Origin: Phoronis australis
Taxonomy: Eukaryota > Animalia > Phoronida
Length of the DNA: 64,000 nucleotides
Direction of reading: 5' to 3'
Assembly: GCA_002633005.1 (NCBI GenBank)
Contig: NMRA01000330.1
Coordinates: 186,001-250,000 of the forward strand
Numbering within the stretch: position 1 is the stretch's first letter; the number at the start of each line of letters is the position of its first letter. The position numbers and the translations under genes are program-made. The notes below the pieces were generated by a model. It ran no database searches. It had not been told where the DNA came from and saw nothing but the letters and a program-made list of their open reading frames with translations. Of the stretch, positions 50,701-63,500 are shown piece by piece.

Positions 50701-53700
50701 TATTTATAAAATTGAAAGACTATGGATGGTTGGGGCATTAAAACTAACTTTGTTGAATATAGCGGTGTTAGAGCGACATTGCGAAAATTTCAAATAAAAA
50801 GTATTGGAGAACTTAATAAGGTTGACTGCTAATGCCCAGTTTTCTCTCTATATTGGATTGTATTCGGAAAGGTAACAGGTATATTACAAGGATTTTCAAC
50901 CATACAACTCAAGTGACAAAAGCTGAATTGGTCTTCAGAATGTAATTTGCCTCACACGTTTAATTAGAAATCTGTGTATCTATTACCCTATCGTGTGACA
51001 AAGGACACTAAACTTCAGTGGTTAAGTCTAGAATTATCAANTAGAATTATATAATCGAACGCTTTTCTAAATAAAAAAACAATATAATTTTACGTGGACC
51101 TGATTCTGATCAGCTCACAACACCGGAAAACCTCGGGTAATTTGTGAACCTTAAAGTGCTTATCTCAAAGGCCAATCTAGTTCAAAAACCTAAAAATATA
51201 TTCCAAATTAAGTCCCATGTAACATGGCATAACGTTTACTTCTTTTCTCTTATCAAACTAAAAGCCTTTTTGAGCTCAATTTTGTACCTCGGCCGAGATC
51301 AGAAAATCATCTACTTATTCCCGTCGATTTCCGTGATCTGAGTTCCTGTGCATCTGTTAAGGAACGATTCCTGAATGACGTCATGTTGTCCTTAAAAACG
51401 TATTTATATCATCGTGAGCATAGATTCAATGCATTGTTATTTTGTTTGGTCGTTTTTTGATTCTAAATTGGATTATTTATTGTCCATGTGTTATCTCTTT
51501 TCTGCATGTGACGAATGATATTTAATGCCATCTTAAGTTTGTGAATACATCCCAACTCCTGCAACCAACACTCAGCTACTGAGGTCAGCCCGGACAAATC
51601 GCGAGGGTACGTCAAATGTCAGCAAAAATACCCCTTCTGATTATAAATTAGAGGAAAAACCTTTCAAGATCGGCAAACGTCTTATCTTTATCGCCATATC
51701 GTGAAACTGATGCAAAGTACCAGCCTGAGCAACTTTGTGACTACGCGGACGTGTGACCGATTTTCTGTGAACTTGGCAGCAAATCGGCACCGGCTTTAAT
51801 GGCCGTTAAAAATGTAAACTAGAAAAAAATCCACACACGCCGATGTTTCGGACAAAAACATGTCTTTATCTCAAAACAGTGCTTTTGTCACCTGAATTGC
51901 AATAACGAGCACCTTTGTTTGATTTTTGCTGCCGGGACACTACAACCGGCGAAGTAATTACCCAGCAGTTGCCGTGTCACTTCGCCGGGAAAATAAACAC
52001 TTGCTAAATTGACTTTTGTTAGGTAAAATGTGTTTTAAACAGAGACACAATTTTACAATCAATACCTCCGTTGTCTAAGAGTAAGAATTCCGCGATTGAA
52101 AACGCAAACGGAGGGGGGAATGTAGTGAACTGTAGTCTATGGGCTGAATGTTGGCGATGGGAAAATATTGTAATGTTAAGAACATGGCGCAGAATTTTTT
52201 ACACGAATTTCACCTAATTATTGTGTTCGTCTTGCGCCGCGGAGCGCATATGTCCGAGCAGGCAAGGCCGGGCTCCGCCGGGTAGTAGCTTATACGAATG
52301 CTGGCCGAATGGGAATTCTTCTTTTTAAAGCATTGTACCATTTGGCACCATACCAAGTTTTCATTCTGAAGTTATTTCGCCACCAGTTGGTATTCCGCCG
52401 GTCATTGCTGGCCGTCAACCGCCTAGCAACTTCGTTGGAGACGACCGGTACTGGTATCTTAGTTTTTCCTGTTCATTTTCGTTATTTTCGCAAGTTTAAT
52501 GGTAAGGATATCCTAACTGTATAGAAATTTTACTCAATTATTTTGATATCCCATGTTCATTATTATTTTATACTGTGTACCAGAGTTACTCCCAGTAAAA
52601 CACGCTTAGACCAGTCACCACAGTCGGCCTTCTTAATCAATCGCTCTTTAATGAACCTCACTTCCGTCTTAGCGGCAAATCTAAAATGGCGGAGTATGAC
52701 TCGGCTCCACTTCGTGAGAAGTGAGGATTTTTATGAAAATTTCGCCTACGGATTTTGTTATGATTAACCTGTAGGTACTGCTGGTTTCATTATAACATGT
52801 TCGAACACTCTAATACGGGGTAATAACGTGTGTTATTGTTAAAGACTTGATGAGACATGGAGGCTTTAGGTTGTCCCAAGAAAAATGCATAAATTCGGTT
52901 AACTTCTGAACATCATTTCTGAGAAATCCCGTATTGAATTCAAATGAAAATTTCAGATATTATGGAATGATTTCTAAAATGCTATTCAGATTTGTTTTTT
53001 AAAATGTCACTTATTGGATGATTTTATGAAAAACAACTTTTGACAACTTACATTTATTGGTCTCGAGATTTTCTTTGGGCACGCTGGAGTTGATTTCGGG
53101 GGTTTCGAAAGAACTCACAGTTCGATTATGTTCAAAACCAGGCTTTACAAAGTGACTTGTCACGGCGTGTCATTTTATGCACCGAGTATCTACTGTCAGT
53201 TCTTTGGAAGCCCAGAAATCACTTCTTACCTGAGTTTGGACCTGGTTGAGACTAAGTTTATAGTGGCGAGTGGTCTAACTCAATATTTGATGAGACATGA
53301 TGAGACATGATGAGACATAAGGAGCTTTAATAGCACACTGACAACACGTGGAATGGATCCAAGAAGTTTTGAATCTTCTAATCAATTCAGTTCACAATCT
53401 TACAGATCTACATGAACAGCAACGTTCAATATTTCAGCGTTCGAAATGTTGCTTTCAACAACGAAACTCTAAGTGTGCTGTTCAAAAGCGAAGTGAATAT
53501 TCGTATCACTAGTACTCATTAATACATTTACGAAACTTTATTAAAAAAATCCCCACAGCACGAGTGGGAATTAAATGAGATAGTAGAAGTGTACGGTTTT
53601 CTTTAAGTAAAATTATTACCCTTCAGTTTTGAAGAATTTTAACGATCGAGAACATATATAAATCCTGATAGGAATATTCTTTCAGGTCAACATCTTTCGC

Positions 53701-53806
53701 CCAAGCCCGACATCTTCTGACGGGGCAGAGTCGCTCCTCAGAGGCGCAAATTGACACCAATCTTACCTGACAGCGGTATGAACAGTATCAGCAATAGAGA
53801 CTTCAT
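47775..53806 (-). CDS. Secreted/GPI-anchored protein: signal peptide + 2x LDLa + Ly6/uPAR (quiver/sleepless-like) three-finger domain, ~217-233 aa
   Basis: Phase-1 GT-AG exons: 53806-53767 ([13 protein letters not shown]), 50457-50329 ([43 protein letters not shown]), optional 49944-49897 ([16 protein letters not shown]), 49700-49569 ([39 protein letters not shown]), 49043-48921 (YKCHVC...[22 protein letters not shown]), 48004-47775 (RRQC...C...[11 protein letters not shown]...[10 protein letters not shown]..., stop). Continuous open frame. Confidence 0.85.
49948..50326. repeat. Degenerate ~32-bp intronic minisatellite
   Basis: Recurring aatgacgtcac.tacattt.tctacatatt units filling the intron after the LDLa-1 exon. 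Confidence 0.6.
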
Positions 53807-54804
53807 AATGAATGGTGACAAACTTGGTAAAGTTGGTCCATCCTCGTTACGTTTTCCCTGCGGAATAATCTCGCTTTATACTCCGAGTTGAACTTTTGTC
53901 AGGTTTGAGAGAGGATCAAGTTATTACCCCGTAGTTGCGTTGTAACGCAGAAACAATTTCGTCGGCATGCTTATCAAAGCGAATAAACAAACTGAATTTG
54001 ATAAACTCGCGCTCGTAGGTTTATCAATTAGGCTTACTCTTTGCTTTTAAGGAACGCACAATTAACTTGTCATTTCAAAACAAAAGATTAAAAATACCGA
54101 GTGTCTGGAGCACCAAATAACGCAGCTAAGTAAATATATTTCTTACACAAAATTGCTATCATCAAAAATTCTGTCAGACAAAAACTTATTCAATGGAAAA
54201 ACAATAAATAGGCCTACAAAGACTATAAATGTACGAAATAAGAAGGCATTCAACTGCTCTACCAAATAGTTGTTAAAGTGACTCAACGTGGATGTCAGGT
54301 TCATTCTTTCGAAAACATATTTTTTTAAATCGTGCAACCCAATTTAGCGTAATAAACAAACACGCGCGCGGGCGCGGGCGCGCGCTCTCACGCACACACA
54401 CGCACCACGCACTCACTCAATGGTCATTTAGTTTTCCACAACATGGGTAAAACATATTTAGTATTAAGATTTTTATATCTGTACACGTGCAATACGACAC
54501 AATTTACACAGCGTTCACAGAAGGCATATCGGACATTCAAGACCCCACCTGAAAAATTACTTTTGAATGCTCGTCAGACGGCTGATCTAGTTTCTTGTAG
54601 ACCGCCCCCAAGTCAGCCGTTAGATCTGCCTTCTTGCCGTGGGAAGCTTCCATTCCAATGGCGTGATTTGCTCTTGGTGGTCGCACGTGATTGGTTAGAA
54701 TGATGGCATTCCTGAGATTCATAGACTCTTTTCCGAACACTCTTTTAAAACGGCTTATATGCCTTCTGATCAGACGTGTCATGTGACTTTAACATCCGGG
54801 CTCA

Positions 54805-55192
54805 GGGCCTAATCTTTTTACTCGAGCAATCTCGAAAAAAATTTGCGTTTTCGTTCCACTTCAATGTGAACTCAAGATAAGAGTCTATCATTCTGTGCTC
54901 GAGTACATTATGATTTACGTGGATGATTATGTAATCCTATTTTGCACTTGATGACCCTAGCATTAAAGCAACAAGTTCGAGTCTCAACTACAAATTTCGA
55001 GTTTTTACTCAAATCCATGGGTCGCCGAGTGCGAATTTGGAGTATAAACTCATTTTCAAAATCCATAATATACTCAGGCACAGAACAATAGATACTGATA
55101 TTGAGAAACTCAAATTAGTTCGTACAAAAGGAGAACGGGAAAAGGTAAAAATGATTTCAAGTTCGATTTTGAGTAAAAAAGATAAGACCCCC
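54805..55192. mobile_element. ~390-bp MITE
   Basis: TIRs gggcctaatctttttactc / gagtaaaaaagataagaccc; interior homologous to the copies at 44.9-45.7 kb. Confidence 0.6.
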
Positions 55193-56300
55193 CGGGGGGC
55201 CATGCGTATTGGTTATGCACAGTTGTTTAGAAATCTGATGAGTCTTAGCGGCCGAGGCATGCGTTGTACATATTATCATGTCTCCCAACAGCACCAGTGA
55301 AGTATTGATAAAACTGTAACAACACAGACTTCGTTTATTTGCGTAGACGGTATCGAGCCGCTTTTGAAAGTTTGATGACAGATATTTCAACGCAAAAACA
55401 ATGTCTTATTAATGACACATGCAATGTTTTCTGTCAGTTTAAATACATCTTTGTAAAAATAAATTCTGAACGCGAATTAATTTAGTTAAAACTGATACCC
55501 ACACCGTGTTTTTGCATTTCTAAGTAAGTGTTTCAACTTTTGGGGGCCTGTGCCTCCTATTTGAAGGTAAATTATTAGTATCTAAGTTCAGAGCTTAGTG
55601 TTGTTTGGGTAAGCACTTCGTGTTTGGAGAGAAACGCTTCGCATTCAAGAACTTTTGGTGTTTTGACCGCGAAAGTCATAACTTATTTCACACATTGACG
55701 TTCTATTAGTTTGCTGGGTAGCGATTGAGAAATTGGCTGCAATTTCAGGTAGCCCTCAAACAAGCCAAAATTGCCAAAAAACTAGTTGATTGACAGTACT
55801 TTTGGACAACATTTTCGGATCGATGGGAAATTTGTTTTCAGAATCTTATGTTGGCTTTATGGTCGAGAATCGGCAGGGAAGTGGTGTTTTTGGGGTGAAA
55901 AGTGTCAACTTTGTGTTTTTTGACACTTTTTTCTTACCCTACCTTGCTTTTTAGTGAGAGTGCCTCGGAAAGGGTCAAAAATACAAGAGTAAATAAAGTG
56001 TTTGTGCTCATCTGTAGAGCTTGTGATATGAAATGACTCAAAACTTTTCTTTATTTGCATGCAGTTTTTGACAGAGTGAAGAAAGGGTAAAGAATTCATT
56101 GACGTGTGTTCAGATTGGCAAACCCCTGTGAGAACTGTTCTGTGCCCCCTGACCCTTGCCCTTGCCAAAATCCTCTTTAGAATCTTCCACGAGATGGCTC
56201 TGTTGTACAGTTTCCTCCATACACTGTAGCAAGTCTTTTAGCTTCAACTACTATAGCTTATCTGAGTATTTTGCAAATTTCAGCCCAAATTATAGTAATG

Positions 56301-57046
56301 CATAGGCGGATTTAGGGNNNNNNNNNNNNNNNNNNNNNNNNNNNNNNNNNNNNNNNNNNNNNNNNNNNNNNNNNNNNNNNNNNNNNNNNNNNNNNNNNNN
56401 NNNNNNNNNNNNNNNNNNNNNNNNNNNNNNNNNNNNNNNNNNNNNNNNNNNNNNNNNNNNNNNNNNNNNNNNNNNNNNNNNNNNNNNNNNNNNNNNNNNN
56501 NNNNNNNNNNNNNNNNNNNNNNNNNNNNNNNNNNNNNNNNNNNNNNNNNNNNNNNNNNNNNNNNNNNNNNNNNNNNNNNNNNNNNNNNNNNNNNNNNNNN
56601 NNNNNNNNNNNNNNNNNNNNNNNNNNNNNNNNNNNNNNNNNNNNNNNNNNNNNNNNNNNNNNNNNNNNNNNNNNNNNNNNNNNNNNNNNNNNNNNNNNNN
56701 NNNNNNNNNNNNNNNNNNNNNNNNNNNNNNNNNNNNNNNNNNNNNNNNNNNNNNNNNNNNNNNNNNNNNNNNNNNNNNNNNNNNNNNNNNNNNNNNNNNN
56801 NNNNNNNNNNNNNNNNNNNNNNNNNNNNNNNNNNNNNNNNNNNNNNNNNNNNNNNNNNNNNNNNNNNNNNNNNNNNNNNNNNNNNNNNNNNNNNNNNNNN
56901 NNNNNNNNNNNNNNNNNNNNNNNNNNNNNNNNNNNNNNNNNCCCCCCATTCGGTGCTATGCGCATCTACAATCGTGGTTTGCGCAAATGCTTACAGCTGG
57001 ACAAGATGTTGGGCCCCCCCCTTGTGATATCCTAGATCCGCCACTG
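56301..57046. mobile_element. hAT-like element spanning the assembly gap, 5-bp TSD TAATG
   Basis: taatg|cataggcggatttaggg...N...cctagatccgccactg|taatg. Confidence 0.65.
56318..56941. other. Assembly gap (624 N)
   Basis: Run of n. Confidence 1.
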
Positions 57047-58224
57047 TAATGTACATACTTAACAATTGACTAATAAAACCACATGATCTTATACAGTCAC
57101 ATCATTGGCTGCTACGATTTGCTTTCAAAAAATTCTAGAATCTTTAGAGTGCTTTGACCCCAGAACCAAAGTAATAAACGTCATTGAAAAATAGATCTTG
57201 ACGTTAAAATACATGTCATCAAGTTTGACCCCATGATTTAAAAGTGCACATGCACAAATTTTGGGCAACTTAAAATGGATCTATCTGTGCTAATTACTTA
57301 ATCAATATTTATTCTGACAACTGACCCATAAATATAATTGTCAGAAAATCCGGCGCAATGTGTCACGTTGGTAAACTGGATGAATGAAAAACTTCGCAGA
57401 CTCAAAACCAAAACTTCGCAGACTCAAAACCATCTAAATGTATTGTATGAAAATAATGACGAGTTGAAGAGATTCACAAGATATTTTTCGCAATATCATT
57501 TAACTATGGTAAAGGTCTTTCAGTAACCAACGAATTTCGTAGCTACTAGTCTTGTGATTTCGTTTGTTCGACTCTACTGCATTTCACCAGGCAAGAGCTA
57601 CAGGAGTCTTCAACCGCCTTTCCCGTTCCCGTGTGAATTTGTCGTCACAATACAAATCACACGCGAGAGTATGGGCTGCTTCAGTAAATCAGTAGACGCC
57701 GGAAACTCGTACAGAAATGATGGAAATATGCACCCGAGTCAATGACAAACTCACTGCTGATGGTAAACAATAATGACAGTATGTAGTTTGGTTTTGTTGT
57801 TGTAAAGTATTGGTCATGTCTGAGATTTTTCCTTTCGCCTTTTCTTGTCTTCTAGTCATTTACTAGGACTATAATGTTCATATTACTTCCAGTCATTTAT
57901 AACCGATGATTTAGTATGGAGATGACGTTCCTCGGCGTTCGCCTCTCTACTACACCCCTTTTATAGACTACTTCGTCGTTCTTCTCAGATAAACGCAAGC
58001 AGTACTTGATGAGAAGTGCATTTCGTCCTCTAAGCAATTTTTTCTTTTCTTCTGCACTAGTATACTTTGTATCGAGTTTGTTATGTTCCTTAGGTGATTC
58101 ATGGAAATAAAGTGCATGGTACAGTTCATATAACAATGCCGATAATTTCTGTATTGTTTTGAAGGCGAATCATGTTAAGGTGCTAGTTAGAATATTCCAG
58201 TGGTCATTGCACGTAAATTTAGCA

Positions 58225-59241
58225 TCATCCTGCGGGATATCGCGTACTTTGAGTGGGGCGCGTGAATATGCTGTAGTCTACGGTTGACCGAATGTCTCGT
58301 CTGGAAGACGGACAACAAATCTCTTTCAGCCTCGTTTTAAACACCCGATTTAGCATGAACAAGCACGGGTTCACCAACCCACAGGCTAACAAGAGCCAAA
58401 GACAACTACTGAGAATGTCATTCGATATTTTCATCTTTAGGAAACTTCTCAGGATATTTACAGTTGTACTTGGCGCCACTATGCAAACAAGAGCAGCAAT
58501 CAACAGAAATAACGACCGTAAAGCCTTCAAGGTCGTACTTCGCCGACGCCTTTGGTCACCAATCTTAGTTCCCACAGAGCTCGGTGCTGGCGTTGGAAGC
58601 GGGACGGCAAATATCCGGCGTTGCTGTCGAATAGCAACTAATATTATACCTAGCGTGATCGCGATTATAATCAAGGGGAGAACGAAGCACGTTACACAGT
58701 ATATCACAGCAAATGTTTTGTTGTTATCTCCCCATGTCATCAAGCCAATTAAGTCACCCGATTGACACTCAAGCGATTTTACGTTCGACGCAGGTATAAT
58801 AGTAAAAACAACGCTAAGTGACCAGACACCAACGAGCATCAGGCTTAGAATAAATGGTGTCATTAATACCTTGTACTTGAGCGGCTTTTTAACTGCTACT
58901 GTCCTATCGATACATATAACAGTTACGTGGAGTAAAACTGATGTTACAGAAATACTTAAAACCAAACCGGATACATAGCACAGCTGACTCATCCCTGAGA
59001 TCGTGTGAATCGGAAGCCATTGTGCTATTCCGTTGACTGGGACGACAAATGCACCGAACACAACATCTCCAACTGCGCGAGAGATCACCAATGCATTGGT
59101 TGAAGTTCGTAATTTTTTAGTGCGACACACGACAACGATTATTACCAGATTACCAAGTATTGTCGCTGCGGACACTAATATGAGCGAAGTTCCCCAGGCA
59201 ACGCTTGTACTGCTCGAGACTATCGTCGACGAGTTATTCAT
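58225..59241 (-). CDS. Intronless rhodopsin-like (class A) GPCR, orphan, 338 aa
   Basis: Seven hydrophobic segments; GN in TM1, D in TM2 (SRAVGD), C at the top of TM3, DRT, W in TM4, F-x-L-P in TM5, NP in TM7, basic helix 8 with CC; N-terminal NNSS sequons. Confidence 0.9.
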   Translation of the reverse strand: MNNSSTIVSSSTSVAWGTSLILVSAATILGNLVIIVVVCRTKKLRTSTNALVISRAVGDVVFGAFVVPVNGIAQWLPIHTISGMSQLCYVSGLVLSISVTSVLLHVTVICIDRTVAVKKPLKYKVLMTPFILSLMLVGVWSLSVVFTIIPASNVKSLECQSGDLIGLMTWGDNNKTFAVIYCVTCFVLPLIIIAITLGIILVAIRQQRRIFAVPLPTPAPSSVGTKIGDQRRRRSTTLKALRSLFLLIAALVCIVAPSTTVNILRSFLKMKISNDILSSCLWLLLACGLVNPCLFMLNRVFKTRLKEICCPSSRRDIRSTVDYSIFTRPTQSTRYPAG

Positions 59242-59438
59242 CTTGCGTTCGTTACGCTGTGACTGTGTTTCATTTCAATAAATTCTGCTAGTCCTTCTTG
59301 TGGTAGACGGTCGTCTGTCGTCTCACTGTCTTCGATTACACTATGCACGCACGGAACGAAACTTTCCAAACCGCCCTCCATTAGTTTAGCTTTTCCAGTG
59401 GTTTTATTGATGTCGTCTGCCGTTTTGTTGTGTTCCAT
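59238..59438 (-). other. 66-codon upstream ORF overlapping the GPCR start (ATGA)
   Basis: TGA (59240-59238) overlaps the GPCR ATG (59241-59239); the peptide carries two NKT sequons. Confidence 0.5.
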
Positions 59439-60374
59439 TAATAATTAATGACGAATCGACTTTTTCATCAACTCTTTATTAATTGCATCAGTTGTGTAAC
59501 CAGAGAAGAATGCAATCAATGACAATCCGGATATTTAAGTAATTTATATCAAGTACTCGGGTTCATTCAGTCATGAATTTTTATGCACTTGTATGTTGAG
59601 GTACGAACACAATGCATTTTTATGCGAACTTGTGGATTATTTTAATTGGGGCTATAACTATTTTAAAAATCTTACATGTCCTGTGTAAATAATGGTATCT
59701 GTGAATTATTTAGAACGGCTTTCATTCGAGTCAATGGACAAGAGAGAATATTTGGTTCTGGTCTCTCTAGTTGTTATGCAACTTGATGCCTTGATGCCGT
59801 GTTTTTAGTTTTTGGTTTTTCGTTAAGACAAAAATTCACTTGATATCAGTTAAAGTGGTGAGACAATGCCTTTTTTACAAAAGCAATCACCTGGTAGTCT
59901 TTAAGAAGCGATGTGCAGCTTCAGAAATTGTCTGTGAAATGAAATAAAAAGAAGTGGGATGGCGGACGAAGAATTGAGGACAATCATGCCATTGTTGAAA
60001 AGCCAGCTCGTGTGAACAAAGGCGAGCGTCCGTTTGAGGGTGTGTGCCGAAGGTGACAGCGAAACAGATCGACCTTTAACCAGCCTCAGACTACACGAAG
60101 CCTTGATTTTCAAACATTACAACAAGCGCGGCTGTTGAAGTCCGATTGGAATCCGTTATGTAGGTCCACTCAAAGTTATTCCTGAGCAGCAAACGATGTT
60201 TGGCAAGTGGCTCTTACCGGGTGAAAGTGTTCTATACCCCGTGATTGTTTCTTCATCAAACGGCTGGCACTCCGGTATGCACAGTGGCGTTCACACCTGA
60301 TTAATGATGCCATGGGTTGACACTTGCAGCGGCACACTCATCACACGAAGGCCCTGCGAGGTAACGTAAATCCG

Positions 60375-60524
60375 CCTCCCGTTCAGTAGCGCTAGGACCT
60401 CGCTAAAAAGCAAGACTTCGCGAGATTACGTGTGGTATTGCCGTGTATTATAAATGAGATCACGTGACTTTGGCTTGATTTTAGCTATGTCCTAGCGTAG
60501 GTTCTAGCGTTACTGAACGCACGC
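60375..60524 (-). mobile_element. 150-bp Harbinger-like MITE with CCG TSD
   Basis: aaat-CCG-[cctcccgttcagtagcgctaggacct...tactgaacgcacgc]-CCG-atc. Confidence 0.85.
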
Positions 60525-63500
60525 CCGATCAATCGGCTAAGACATTGGATGGGTAGGCTATGTACGCCAACCAAATGTTCTGAAAGGTGGACAAGGCTGA
60601 CCCAGAGAGTGATTCAACTGCACCCGGCTGTCTTTTAGCAAAGGCAATTTGCGGTGAAAGCAGCACACCCTCGTAGAGAAACCGTTAATCGTTGATATTC
60701 CGGAGTGTTGTGAAAATTTCTGACAAAACAGTGCAAAGCACTAACACGTTGGTTCCCTCTGCTATTCGAACACGTCTGAAACGTGTCAATTTTAACAGCA
60801 TTCTTTCGGATGTGTGTAATCTTTAGTTGTAAGACGCAGCTCATATCACCCGCTACCTGATATTGGACGGGCCGGTCAGCGTTGTTTTTACCAATGTTCT
60901 GTCATTGCTCAAACTGGTTCCAAAGGAATAATTCAAAAATAAGTTACAGGTCTCTATCAAACTTTCATTTTATGAAGACAAGTACAGATAGACCTTTATT
61001 AGATCTGTCTACATGCTAAATTTCAGAGGAATATTTCAAAGGACCGTATAGTTAAAACATTGCGAATCGAAAATCGAAAAATGGTCGTCACAGCGCCAAA
61101 TTCAATTCGATTTTGCATAAAATCAAATAGTCTCGAATTATAATGAGGTACGTAATGTGTATGAATTTCAGCTTCACGGGAACGAAATTGCCAACTGTGA
61201 CGTGCGTACAAACACACTGAGGCCTGAGAAGTGTACCAGTGTCGGACCTTAGTCATCTCCAATAACTCGAGAATGCGGTAAGTCGGCGCCAAAAACATAA
61301 TTAAAAATTTTGTAGCAATTGGCAAAATCTATTCATATGCAAAATTTTATAAAGATTCCTTCAAGTACGCCACGGCTACGGTAACAAAAGTCAATCAATA
61401 AAAGAGTAATCACCGGGAAATCTCAAATATCTTGTGTCGATCGGTCGTGCAAACAACCTGAAGGGTATTGAACCCATGTTTTTCTTAAATTCTGAGATAT
61501 TTGGCTGCTTATTTGCGCTATAGAAAGTGTGTCATCCGTGTTTCTTTACGACTTACAGTTCGCGAGTTATTCGAGATTTTCCGGTAGCTACTCTCGTGCC
61601 ATGTCCCTGGCGTCTCTTGACGGATTTTTCTCAAATTCTGCATGTCGATAGATATCGCCAAGCGCTACTTCTTTTACCTATATCTCTATTCGACTTACCG
61701 TTCTCGAGATACTCAAGATTTTCTGGTCAAATTATTATTTTTTGGCAAAATGGAATTCGCCAAATATGTTCCGCTGTCAAGTTAATTTTCTGTTTTTGTT
61801 GCACACACGCTACAAGTTGCATTGCTTATCCGATCAACCGGGATCTCGTGGATATCTCGAAACATTTTTTATTGAAATCAGACGAAAGATGGCGCTTTGA
61901 CTACCTTTTCTAATTTTTTTTGGTTTGCGAGATCTGGTGTCTCTGGAGGGATTTTTTAATTTTGGTATGTGAATAGATCTCTTTAAGAACTAGGAGATTT
62001 TCAAATTTGATGACTGTTGTTTTATTGACTGATTCCGCAATGTAATTTTGTTGGTTTGACGTTGGTGCCATGGGTCTAAGGGCCATAGTTGCTGCTGTTC
62101 TTGGTTTCGTCGTCGACATCACTTCAAAGTTTTTCAGTCGATTTCACGAAGTGACGCTCCTCAGAGCACTTTCCTCTTGCTGTTACTCAAATTAGAAACT
62201 AGTTCTAGTTCTGAGAAGATCTGGCACTTTTCCATTGCCTAAGACCAGACTCGTGAAGTCTGCTTGTCACTGCGGTCAGTGTCAGTCACTCAAGCAGAAT
62301 TCCAAGCTGATGACTAATAACAATTCAAGCAAAGGATAAAAACACGATGACAGTAAACTGAAAACGTTGTTTTGACGTGAAAACACGGTTAGTAGAGGCT
62401 TTATTCTACACGTAAGAATATTTTCAATTTTTATTAAACGAACGGTTCCCGTTCTGCAGACTATTTCTAGAATTTTCCAAGTGGCTCAGTCAAATATACG
62501 AACGGGTGAATATTTGTGATTAATTGTTGGTAACAATAAATACTACAGTGTTGCTGCTGGTCCCGCAAATGATATCCGCCAAATATAAGTCTAAGTGTTG
62601 AGCATACATTCCAAATGCACCAGTATTCATACTACTGGCGTTTTTAGACTTGAGGTGGCGGCACCTGTTCTCCACAGGTTCGCTGCCGTCTTGTTAAACA
62701 CCAGCGTGACCCATAATAGGATTTTTTGTCTTAATATCAAGACAAACTCGCTTGCTTGCTTCAATGCTGGGTCGGTGTATTCTTTACACCATGCAGTTAG
62801 TGCCTTGGCAGCATACATTGATATGCAGAAAAGTACGTTTGTACGCACGAAAATTCTTCAGATAGTGTTCAGGAAATGAAATGGGAATTTTTAAAATTTA
62901 CTGCTATGCAGTACATGATTAGGCCAACTATTCCCAAGATTCTTGGCATTGATATTTGCGTTGGCGCGCAACGCTTACATTCGACTTCAGCAATAACACA
63001 GAGTTACTGTGTGTTGATAAAAATCTGTTTAAAGTGTGCAGAATTATAAAAAAAAAACGTGAAAATGCTAAGATTTACGACAGGGTGTCCTAAAAGTTTA
63101 TTGAACAATATCAAAAAATCTGCAATCTATGTTTCTATCCCGCGCTTTCCCGAGTTTATTCAGTTCCCCTTTCAACGCTTTATTCTAACATTGCCTTTTG
63201 GGGCAATTGTTTACTTCTAAAGGGCTAACTCATATTGATCTTAGATCCACGATTGTTAAACACTATATAAAGAGTGTTTCAGAAAAATTGCTTTGAAGAA
63301 AGGGAAAATATAAATTTCGGACAGTTTGAAATGTACATTTCGATATGTATCGGCACAGCTATTAAAAAGGACAGCCATGACTATCGAAAGTGTGCGCGAG
63401 TTACTACGCAAAATGAGGCACAATTCATATCTAAGGAAGTTTATTGTGTATTCATATGAAAGTAGAACATGAAACACTGCGTGTAGGTTATAGGGACTCG

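Noticed and set aside
52066-53251. Candidate 9-22 nt microexons in intron 1 of the LDLa-Ly6 gene
   Set aside because: The signal peptide reads cleanly without them (…IPLSVNG|VC) and such motifs arise by chance.
56290-56965. Long poly-X ORFs
   Set aside because: Artefact of the N gap.
62540-62990. Ankyrin-like words on the minus strand (ANANINAKN; ADI..LRD)
   Set aside because: Too fragmentary and frameshifted to support a pseudogene call.
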